From the NCBI GenBank assembly GCA_951406725.2, contig OX597835.1:2170001-2234000 (forward strand): a DNA stretch of 64,000 nucleotides, in the 5' to 3' direction. Origin of the DNA: Octopus vulgaris. Its lineage: Eukaryota. The notes below the pieces were generated by a model, which saw nothing but the letters and a program-made list of their open reading frames with translations, was not told the origin of the DNA and did not search any database. Numbering within the stretch: the stretch's first letter is position 1; each line of letters opens with the position of its first letter. Made by a program: the position numbers and the translations under genes. Shown here piece by piece: positions 53,074 to 64,000 of this stretch.

Positions 53074-55812
53074 CAGTATTTTTATTTTTATAGCGTGCTT
53101 TCACTTCACTACCGAGCGCAGCTCTGTGTGCCTTGGGTATGTGCTGTGATTTGTTGTGATGCTCTGATGGTTATTGTATGGAAAGTGTTCTGCGTAGGAT
53201 GTGTCCAGTGCCTAGTAGTGCAATTTTCTGTATGTTATATGTGTTTGTAAGTCCTGGTGTTTTTGTTATGTATTTGTCTGAATATTTTTTTATCATGCCT
53301 AATGCACCTACTATGATAGGAATTGTTTCTATTTTTAGATTCCACATTCTGGTTACCTCCGTTTCCAGGTCTTTGTATTTTGAAAGTTTCTCCATTTCTT
53401 TTAGAGACACGTTGTCGCCTCCTCGTATTGATACATCAATTAGAAAGCATTTTCTTTTTCTTCATGATCTCTGACAACTATATTTGGTCTGTTGGCTTTA
53501 ATTTCTCTATCTGTGTGTATCGGCATATCCCAGAGTATGATTGCTTTCTCGTTTTCTGTGACCTTTTCTGGTGTGTGCCTATACCATCTTTTTTCTGTTG
53601 TTATTCCATAATGTTGGCATAGCTTCCAGTGTATGTAGGTTCCAACTCTGTCATGTCTGTGAATATATTCCTTCTTAGCCAGGACTGGGCAGCCAGAGAT
53701 AATATGATTTATTGTTTCTTGTCCATCTCCACATATTCTGCAGTTACTTGTTATATTTCTTTTCATTACATGTTTTTGGTAATTTCTGGTGGGGAGGCTT
53801 TGGTCTTGTGCTGCAATTAAAAATGCCCCTGTCTCTGCTTTGAGTCCTGAGCTTCTCAACCATTGCTGGGATTTTTCTTTGTCTATTTCTTTTGCATTTA
53901 GTTTAGTCCAGAATTTACCGTGAAGGGGTTTTTCTTGCCATCGTTTTATCATGGTTCTTTGCTGTTCTAGTTTTAGTTTGGATTTCATTTGTTTTATAGC
54001 TTTTGTTGTTTCTTCATCTTCTTCTTCTTCTTCTTTATATTTGTTAGGTGGTATGATTTCTTGTTTGTATTTGTCAGCTTCCTTAAATACTGAGAACAGT
54101 TTTTTGTTTTGCTCGTGTTTTGCCGCTATTTGTATCAGTTTTTCTTCCTTCTGAAGTAGATATTTTTGCAGTCCTATGGTGGTTATTTTATAGTAGTTTT
54201 CCAGCTGTATAAGGCCTCTACCACCTTCTATACGTTGTATATATAGTCTTTCTATGTCAGATTTTGGGTGATGCATTCTAGACCCTGTCATTATTTTTCT
54301 ATTTTGGTCAGTTCATTTAGTGTCCAGTTAAGGATATTGTAGCTGTAACTTATAACTGGGACAGCTAAAGTGTTGATACCTATTATCTTGTTTTTAGCAT
54401 TGAGCTCTGTTTTTAGTATTGATCTAACTCGTCTATAATATTCTTTTTTTATTTTCTCTTTCATTTGTGTGTGTTGTGTCTTATCTAGTTCATGGATTCC
54501 TAAGTATTTGTAAGTTTGGCTTTGGTCTAATTCTTTTATTTCATTGGTTTTATCTAGTGTGATGTTGCTACTCTTAACTAGTTTTCCTCTTTTCATGGTT
54601 ACTTTGGCGCATTTTTCTAATCAAAATTTCATATCTATTTCTTTGGTAAATCCATGAACTGTCTTTAATAGTGTTTCCAGCTGTTTGTCATTTGCAGCGT
54701 ATAGTTTTAGGTCATCCATATATAAAAGGTGGCTGATCGTTTTGCCGTAACATTTATATCCGCATCCAGTTCTATTTAGCATATCAGATAGAGGTGACAG
54801 TGCCAAGCAGAAAAGGAGTGGAGAGAGCGTGTCTCCCTGGAATATTTCTCTTCTAATGGGGATGGCTTTGGTTTTCATGAGTCCCTCTTTTGTTTGGAGC
54901 TGTAGCACTGTTTGCCATTTATTCATAGAGTGCCCAATGAATTTTATAATTGTTGGTGCTACTTTGTTAATGGCTAGTGTTTCGAAGATCCATGTGTGGG
55001 GGATGCTATCAAACGCCTTTTTGTAGTCGATCCAGGCCATACTGAGGCCTTTCTTCTTTCTGTGGCTGTCTTCAGTTATGGCTTTATTGATCATTAGTTG
55101 ATCTTTACAGCCGTATGAGCCTTTGCGGTATCCTTTCTGCTCTTCTGGAAACAGGTTGTTTTCGTCCAGGTGCTTGTTCAACCTTTGCGATATCACTGCA
55201 GTAAATGCCTTGTACATCGTAGGGAGACAGGTTATTGGTCTGTAGTTTTCTGGTTTTGCTGTCTCATTTGATTTGGGAATTAAGATGGTTTTCCCCTTCG
55301 TGAGCCATTCATGCATTGTCTCTGGCTCTGCTAGTATGTTGTTAAAATTTTCAGCCAGCTTTTTGTGCATTCCTGTTAGATATTTCAACCAGAAGTTGGG
55401 GATCTTGTCATGCCCAGGTGCCTTCCAGTTGCTTAGTCTTTGCAGTGCCTGGGTTCCCTCTTCAGTTGTTATGGGGGTCCAAAGTTGCTCAGATGCTGAG
55501 TTTGTTATTTTAATACTCCTTTTTTTTGGGTTGTTCGTTCGCCGACCATATTTCTCTCCAGAATTCTTCCACTTCTTCTGCCGTTGGTGCTGCAGTGATT
55601 TCTATTTTATTTTTGCCAAGTTCTTGGTAGAACTTTTTGGGGTTGGAGTTGAACTTTTTGTTTTGTTCAAAGAAGCGCTGGCGTTTCTCGTACCGGCGGA
55701 TCCTTTGTGCTTTGGCAAGGATATCTTGCTTTAGCTTTTCTTTTATCTCAGGTAAATCTTTTTGTGTGATGTTGTATTTGCGGAGTATTTTTGTTTTCTT
55801 TTTGTTGCTCAG
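53074..55812 (-). mobile_element. R4/Dong-clade non-LTR retrotransposon, 5'-truncated, disrupted RT + CCHC + RLE endonuclease
   Basis: ENYRPITCL, IDYKKAFDS, QGDTLSPLLF, LYMDDLKL, CRIC..ETINHIISGC, RHD, ANRPNIVV, KLSKYKDL, IIVGALG; several frameshifts/stops; (ATT)n at both ends. Confidence 0.92.
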
Positions 55813-55826
55813 TATTATTATTATTA

Positions 55827-55894
<68 letters not shown>

Positions 55895-55946
55895 GTTGTT
55901 GTTGTTATTATTATCATCATCATTATTATTATTATTATTATTATTA

Positions 55947-56784
55947 TTCTATGTTTGACTTTTGCTTTATGTCTGTACAAGTTGGCTCCAAGTCTCACCC
56001 AGAGACCTCAAGAGACAACAGGTTGGAAGTTCTGCGCCATATATTTGGGGTTTTTTTTTTTTTTTTGGTGTTGTACTAGTGAATGTCTAATACATAAAAA
56101 TAAAAAAATAAAAAAATAAATTTTTAAAAAAATTAAAAAATTAAAAAATTAAAAAAAATTAAAAAAAAATTAAAATAAATAAACAAAAAAGTTTGTTTTA
56201 AACCTTGGAATTACATAGAGAGTATTTTGCGTAGGATATGAGCAGTTCCCATGAGCACTATCTTTTGAATTTCTGCCATTTTGGGATTTCCTGGTATCTG
56301 AGTTAGGTAGCAATCAGTCCCTTTCGCTATCATTCCCAGGGCACCTATGACAACAGGTATTGTTTAAGTCTTCAGCTTCCACATTTTGCTGATTTCTATT
56401 TCAAGATCTTTATACTTGCTCAGTTTTTGGTAGGTCTTGACAGATACGTTTATATCGATTGGGACAGTCATATCAATGAGGAGGCATGTTCTTTGTCTGA
56501 AGTCTTTCAATATAATGTCTGGCCTATTTGCATCTATCTTCCTGTCAGTTTGAATGGTGAAGTTCCAGAGGAGTGAGATGTGGTCATTTTCAAGCACAGG
56601 AGGTGGATTGTGTTCCCACTAGTTTTTTCATGGGGTAAATCCAGATTTTTGCAAATTACCCAGTGAATATATTGTGCAGCTCTATCATGCCTACTGAGGT
56701 ACTCTGTAGGCGCTAGAAGACTGCATTTGGAGACAACATGGTCAATGGTTTCATTTTGTTGTCGGCATACACGACATGTTGGGC

Positions 56785-56787
<3 letters not shown>
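55947..56787 (-). mobile_element. R4/Dong-type element, second family, 3' fragment
   Basis: CRVC..ETIDHVVSKC, RHD, ANRPDIIL, KLSKYKDL; flanked by (ATT)n. Confidence 0.85.
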
Positions 56788-56853
<66 letters not shown>

Positions 56854-56856
<3 letters not shown>

Positions 56857-57112
56857 TATGTTTGACTTTTGCTTTATATTTGTACAAGTTGGCTCCAAGT
56901 CTCACTCAGAGACCTCAAGAGACAACAGGTTGGAAGTTCATGTTGTTATGCCTAGTGTGCCATATATTTGGGGGGGGGGGGTGTTGTACTAATGAATGTC
57001 TAAAAAAAAAAGTTTTTTTAAACCGAAAATTATGTTTGTTTTAAACCTTGAGATTACATAGAAAGTATTTTGCGTAGGATATGAGCAGTTCCCATGAGCA
57101 CTATCTTTTGAA
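56854..57112 (-). mobile_element. Short 3' fragment of the second R4/Dong family
   Basis: 3' UTR nearly identical to 55947-56270; (ATT)n on both sides. Confidence 0.8.
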
Positions 57113-57500
57113 TTATTATTATTATTATTATTATTATTGTTATTATTATTATTATTAATAATAATAGTAATAATTAAATATTATATGTGTACTCATGGAT
57201 ATGGATGTATATGTACGCTCCAGTATATATAATTAATTGTCTATATGCTTGTATGTATGTATAATTATGTCTATTTATATATTCATGTACACGCATATAT
57301 GTATATATGTGTTTATGTGTGTGTGTGTGTGTGTGTGTGTGTTGCGAGGATGATCCGGTTCTTGACTGAAGTTTGAAGGCTTCGAATGTCCCGTCCGTGT
57401 TTTTTGTATCGTCTTCTAAATGTTTTGCGTTCTTGTCCCAGTTTGTATTTTTTTACACACACACACACACATATATATATTAAATTGTGCGTGTATCTTG

Positions 57501-57544
<44 letters not shown>

Positions 57545-57551
<7 letters not shown>

Positions 57552-57766
57552 TTAGAGACAAAACCACTATTACGCAAATCAAACAAAGAAAGACTTAAGC
57601 CAATACATAAACATTTTTATATAAATTAAATATAATTAAAATAACGATCGTAGTGGTTATTTTAATTTATTTTAATTATATTTAATTTATATAAAATTTT
57701 TTATGTATTGGCTTAAGTCTTTCTTTGTTTGATTTGCGTAATAGTGGTTTTGTCTCTAATTAATAT
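57545..57766. repeat. AT-rich ~100-bp inverted repeat
   Basis: 57545-57644 vs 57667-57766; related terminus attaga(g/a)a(c/t)aaaaccactatt also at ~36606. Confidence 0.9.
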
Positions 57767-57845
57767 TATATAATATTTTACTATAAAATTGGATTCAATC
57801 CTAAATCTGATTTTTCCCTGTAAATTTGGATTTATTCCCTAATAT

Positions 57846-57893
<48 letters not shown>

Positions 57894-57931
57894 CAAATGA
57901 AATAAATGAAAAACAGGACACAAAGGATGTT

Positions 57932-58024
57932 GCGGTACATATGTTTCGGGCTTTGTAGAACACCTTATTCTTACATCAATGCATAATCGATATAACAGAT
58001 AGTTCAAAAACCTTCTTCAGCCGG
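57932..58024 (-). ncRNA. Hammerhead ribozyme motif, diverged relative of 19031-19117
   Basis: Reverse complement reads cgg-CTGAAGA-aggttt...aagccc-GAAAC-ATAT-GTA-ccg. Confidence 0.7.
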
Positions 58025-58399
58025 GTGCAATTGCTACACCAAAGACTTGTATCACATTATAAAAGGTTTGAGAAAATAACATTTGGTATTGTTTATAATG
58101 GTATGTCTTGTTATGTCTAAGGAATAGTTGTTGGTATAAATGATAGTATTATAGCATCCTTCGGGGTGTGGAGCAGTTAAAAAAAATACGGATTTTACAT
58201 ATAGAGAGAACTGGTATCTGAGTTTTCTTGAATTTTTGTCCATTCCCAGTGAATTAAAAATTCGTGACAAAGCCGGTGTATATTAAAGCAATAACATCTC
58301 CATACAGGTTACTCTGTCGTCTGATGAAAGCGACGCCATAAGACTAAACTCCTTATGAGCGAGAAACCCAGGGTAAGCCCATAAACAGGACTACCCCAC

Positions 58400-58436
<37 letters not shown>

Positions 58437-58739
58437 TACACACACACACACACTTATGTACATACATACATACATATGCAAGTTGCTAATAGGGTCGTAT
58501 AATTCGGTCTTTTTTACGGGGTTTGACTGTTTGTGGTCACCAGGATAACAATAAAACATGAGTGAAAATTTGGATGAGAGCGAACTCGTTGTTTTCGTTT
58601 CATCATACGTGTATTTTTAATTCATATCTGACACGACAGTCCGATAGGGAACTCCCAGAAAAAAAAAGTGATAGAAAGTTCTTTTCATACAGTGATTTGC
58701 CCCTGGATAGGTTTCGTAGTTACTTACACGAGAAGGAGA

Positions 58740-58827
<88 letters not shown>

Positions 58828-60405
58828 GGTGGTGAAATGAGTGAATGAACATGATTGTCCTCTGCCATAATATAGTTTTTGAGTTGCTTCAGATCCCCTT
58901 TTATATTGCTTATCTCGTAGGCAAATCAAGATTTTGTATAAAGCCTGATATGAATGCATGAGGGAAACTGCTTCTTTCAGCTCTCCTCTCACCTCATTCA
59001 GAGGCTGGCTGATCGCCGTCATGCATGGATCTTTTAAAAGTACTTTCGTGGAATTTACTTGTCAGATTTTATGCTGACGTCATTCAGTGATTTCAAAAAT
59101 GAAAATAGTGGCCATTTTTTTTATGACGTTTCCAAAATTTTCCTGAACTTGCTTCCACATGCATACACACACACATAGGTACATATGAATTTACAAGTAA
59201 CTCTCATAATTATAAATTTTCGTAAAGCATTTGAAAACATCTATTGGAACAAGATGATGGAATTCTAGAAGCACTGGAATGCTATCTAAACTTATATGGT
59301 CAATAGCGTACATGTATGATAATTGCACTGCAAAAACAAAGTTTACAGTTGGTGACACAGAGATTTCGAGAAACTAGCCAGAGTTTTGCAGGTGAGAGTT
59401 TTACAGGTGAGTTTTACAGGTGAGATACTGACTATGCTATAAGTACTGCCGTCGAAAGATATGAAATTCTAGGAGTGTTTCTGAAATCAAAAACCTGTCG
59501 AAAATATTTAGTCATCACCATCACAGAATCAGACAACATAGATCCGATGCACTTGGATAAGCGACGACGCAAAATCATTGAATCGACAGAGTTGTCAATG
59601 AATGCGGGACATGCATTAATGAAAACCAAATTTATGTTTTACAACACTCAAGTAGAATTGAAGATATTGAATAATGAAAAATTAATATATAAAAGCAAAA
59701 TATGTTTTGCTTTTATATATTAATTTTTTTGCAAATTCCACAACATCGAGTGGTAACTTTGAGGCTGTATTGGTATCTGTAATATTTTCGTTGGTTATCA
59801 TGTTTTTTTTATATCCATGCAGTACATACTCAATGAGTCCTTCTTCTGTTTCTGAGACTGTCAGCTGATTGTTTGAAACAGAATTCTCTAGTATGTCCCA
59901 ACAAGTTCCCGAGAGTTCGCGCCGCGCCGTTGTTTTCCGACGGCATAAATAAAACTAAAACGGCTTCTGGTAATGATTGGTCTTAGTTGCGCTACGAAAC
60001 TGTCGGGGTTACTTAATAATAAATGCATGCAATCATTGAAATTAGGGTTAGGAAAACAAACAAACAAAAACAATTACTTACTTTATAATTCTTGAGACTT
60101 ATTCTTTCTCGAATTTGGTCAACAAAATCCCTTCATCACAGTAAGTGTGTTCTTTATCCGAAAGAAAACCCTTTTTCTCTCTTCGAAACTTTGACAGTGT
60201 CCCAGCAGCCCCCTTTCTCCCCTTTCTCTTTCCCTTCTTCTCTTTCACTCTCCTTCTATCTCTTTCTCTCCCTTTCCCTTTCTTTCTCTTCCAATCCGTC
60301 ATGCACCCACAACCTCTCTTACATGTTCTGCTCCTACTTTGCCACTGAATACAAAATGTACTGTAAAGTTTCTTATAGATGTGTGGGGAGTGGGCAGAGA
60401 AATAG

Positions 60406-60453
<48 letters not shown>

Positions 60454-60898
60454 GGAATATATTTAGAGAGAAGGAGAGGAGGAGGGTGTATGCCTGGTCC
60501 CCTGAGTGTATATGTGTGTGCGTGTGTACGTATGTGTGTGTGAGTGGACATGTATGTAAATATGCACACGCATGCTTATAACACAGAGATACCGCTCTAG
60601 TTATCATCCTTTGTTCGAGCAGAGCAAATTGTGTAAACAGCGTTTAATCATAGAAAGACTCCTCACCGCATTGGACACAATGGAAAGCGATGGATACGAG
60701 TGAAATATGGGTGATATGCATGGAGGTGAAAGAGAAACGGTGAGGGAGAAGAAAGGGATTAGAAAATAGAAAAGGAAGGAGACAGAGAGCGAGGATGAGG
60801 TGTGAGAAGAGAGAGAGAGAGAGAGAGAGAGTGAAAATGGTAGAGTTGGAGAAGCATATGTGAGGGGAGGAGGAGCAATTGAGAAACAACAGGGATAA

Positions 60899-60969
<71 letters not shown>

Positions 60970-61284
60970 TGAAAGATAGGATGAAGTACGTCTATTATAT
61001 TGACATCAATGCTGGACTGGTACTCATTTTATCGATCCCGAGGGATGAAAGGCAAAGTCGTCCTCGGTGAAATTTGAACTCACAACGTAAAGACAGACAA
61101 AAAGCCGCTAAGCATTTTGTCCGACTCACTAACGATTCTGCCAACTCACCGCTTTAATTTTTGGTCAATGATTGAGGAAATAATCAAAATATTGGTAAGA
61201 CAGGAAAGGAAGTTTGGGTGGCAAAGGAATTTAAAAGGGGAGAGATCTAGGTAGAGAGGGAAATATGGATAGATAAACAGATAG

Positions 61285-61320
<36 letters not shown>

Positions 61321-61517
61321 AAAGAAAGAGAGAGAGAGAAAGGAGAGACAGAAAGAAAGAGAAACAGAGAGGGAGTGAATGAGAGGGGGTGGGGAAAGAA
61401 GATGTACGGTGAGAAGTATTAATGGAAAGTGGCAAAGGTCAAAGAGAATAAATAAAAGGAACACTCGAAGATTGGTAAAATGGGAATAAAAGAAGTTGGA
61501 GGAAATCAGGGCTCTCA

Positions 61518-61975
61518 ATACATACATGCATACATGCATACATCCATCCATACATCCATCCATACATACATCCATCCATCCATCCATACATGCATGCATC
61601 CATCCATCCATCCATACATCCATACATCCATACATCCATCCATCTATACATACATGCATCCATCCATCCATCTATACATCCATCCATCCATCCATCCATC
61701 TATACATCCATCCATCCATCCATCAATCCATCCATCCATCCATCCATCCATCCATACATCCATCCATCCATCCATCCATCTATACATCCATCCATCCATC
61801 CATCCATCCATCCATCCATCCATCCATCCATCCATCCATCTATACATACATGCATGCATCCATCCATCCATCCATCCATCCATCCATCTATACATACATG
61901 CATGCATGCATCCATCCATCCATCCATCTATACATACATGCATACGTGCATGCATGCATACACACATACATACAT
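61518..61975. repeat. (CATC)n microsatellite
   Basis: Direct reading. Confidence 0.95.
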
Positions 61976-61989
61976 AAATACTTAAAAAA

Positions 61990-62570
61990 AGGAGCACTCC
62001 GTCGGTTACGACGATGAAGGTCCCAGCTGATACGATCAACAGAACAGCTTGCTCGTGAAATGAACGTGCAAGTGGCTGAGCAATCCACAGACACGCGTAC
62101 CCATAACGTAGTTCTCGGGGAGATTCAGCATCACACAGAATGTGACAAGGCTGAATCTTTGAAATACAGGTACAACTCATTTTTGCCAGCTGAGTGGACT
62201 GGAGCAACATGAAATAAAGTGTCTTGCTCAAGGACACAACGCGTCACCGGGAATTGAACTCACGACCTTACAATCGTGAGCCGAATGCCCTAACCACTAA
62301 GCCACGCGCCTTCACATACATACATACATACATACATACATACATACATACATACATACATAATTTTGCATAGTGAAGGTGCGTGGCTCAGTGGTTAGGG
62401 TATTCGGCTTACGATCGTAAGGTCGCAATTTCGGTTCCCGCCGGCACCTTGTGTCCTTGAGCAAGACACTTTATTTCACGTTGCCCCAGTCCACTAAGGT
62501 GGCAAAAATGAGTAGTACCTGTATTTCAAAGGGTCAGCCTTGTCACATTCTGTGTGTCATGCTGAATCTC
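61990..62570. mobile_element. Two divergent copies of SINE family C separated by (CATA)n
   Basis: gaaggcgcgtggcttagtggttaggg head, cttgagcaagacactttatttca core; related copies at ~8620-8940, 50325-50615(+), 50915-51150(-). Confidence 0.75.
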
Positions 62571-63059
62571 CCTTCAATCTCTCCCTTTCCCTTTCTTTCT
62601 CTTCCAATCCGTCATGCACCCTCAACCTCTCTTACATGTTCTGCTCCTACTTTGCCACTGAATACAAAATGTAAATAAACACACCTGATTGCAAAGTCTT
62701 TCACGCATTAATAAGTTATGAATAAAAACACAACTCGCAATTTGATCAATGCAATACTTTTCATAACAACTCACCATCACAACCTGCCCTACTTCCTAAT
62801 TATCATTCAACAGAGCTCCACCTACTTCAGAACATTTCAGCTAAGCAGAAACTATATAAAACCATGATGAACTCAAAAGTTCCACAGCCCTATCGTGCCT
62901 TGGTTGACCGAAACGTCGCTGTCCATAGAATTGTTGTCAATGAATAATAAGTATTGAGTAATCCGTCAGTTTATTGTAAAATTATTTTTTTAATTATAAC
63001 TTGACATAAAAGAAATTTCAATATATATATATATATATATAAGGATTTTTAGTATTTTA

Positions 63060-63760
63060 TTTTCTTAAAAGATGGAGTGAGGTGGTATGAGGAAGATCGG
63101 AGTGGTTCTGGGGTCAAAAGGTAGAACATAAAAGTTGCGAATTAGTTTATCTTTGAATGCGACGACAGGCGGGTGGGAGGTGAGAGAGAGTAGAATACGG
63201 TCTGCAAACGCGTGTAAAGACGGTGGGAAAGAGTCAACGTGGTGGGCGTGGCGGAGTGCTCGGTCCACAACTGGTCATCAATTCAAGAAGAAACTTCGCA
63301 TTGTTTGGTACTGGGATTGGAAACCCGAAACAAAGCTGGCAAATGCCGAAGGAATTGAGTGAAGGGCATGATAGATTTCGTTCTTTTGGGTTGAGATGAA
63401 GAGTAGAGGTGACAGGAGTGTGTAGGTTTGTAGTGAACAGAAGTAGAGAGGTAGATGTTGCTTATGGTGATAGAGGTATCTGGAAAGCTAACAAATGTAT
63501 CGGTAAATTCGAAGTCAGGTGAAAAGCGTTGACGAAAAAAGAAAAAATGAAATGGTTGAGCTTGTTGTCTGATAAGGAGGGTGGCCCCGACACAGTCTTC
63601 AATATAACGACCATACAGCTCAGGGAAGGGTCCAGTGAACTGAGCAAAGATTTGCTATTCAATATGTTTTGCAACGAGATTGACATAACTGGGGTTCATC
63701 TTAGTTCCCATAGCGACACCGCTGACTTTGAAAATCCTTCAGAGTGGGAGGAGCAATGAA
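63060..63760 (-). mobile_element. Degenerate Penelope-like RT fragment
   Basis: Relics FVNAFH and PTHSCHLYSSSQP...PFTQFLR resemble the PLE RT thumb region. Confidence 0.5.
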
Positions 63761-63915
63761 GGGTTAAGGCTTTCCACCCGTCACGTCAAGTTCGCGGTAC
63801 TCTTTTTATCGATTTTACTTCAAATTATAAGCCCCACCGGCGCACCCTCTTTTCCTCCCTCTCTCTCACACACATACACACATATACGCATATATGCACT
63901 TATATATGCATAAAA

Positions 63916-63976
<61 letters not shown>

Positions 63977-64000
63977 TTTATATATATATATGTATGTGTG

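Noticed and set aside
53171-55388. Active autonomous retrotransposon or host gene
   Set aside because: The ORF is split by several frameshifts/stops and is 5'-truncated.
61231-62237. HPSI/MDGW repeat ORFs
   Set aside because: Translations of the (CATC)n microsatellite.
52108-64000. Myosin motor domain exons for a myosin-chitin synthase fusion
   Set aside because: No myosin motifs (such as GESGAGKT) seen in the ORF track or by eye; small exons cannot be fully excluded.

Overview
This is AT-rich, microsatellite-dense animal genomic DNA; the SINE/LINE repertoire suggests an octopus or other coleoid cephalopod (inference). The main gene is a complete minus-strand chitin synthase of 13 coding exons (52076->26504). 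All introns are GT-AG and phase-consistent, giving a 4917-nt CDS of about 1638 aa with intact GT2 motifs. The first two coding exons of a divergent tandem paralogue (5936->5815, 2437->2005) lie downstream and continue off the left edge. The remainder is mostly mobile DNA: R4/Dong-type RLE retrotransposons stacked in (AAT)n tracts, CR1/RTE/Tx1/Penelope relics, mariner fragments, a non-autonomous Helitron, three tRNA-derived SINE families and minisatellites. The most unusual signal is a dense set of type I hammerhead ribozyme motifs, about 7 with a canonical core plus several degenerate ones. They share CUGANGA...GAAAC-NNNN-GUH with palindromic stem III, often have a long (55-100 nt) stem II insert, and recur inside fold-back inverted repeats; some lie sense to chitin synthase introns. 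Long inverted repeats also abut or bracket exons 2, 7 and 10. Everything was read by eye; no searches or folding programs were run.
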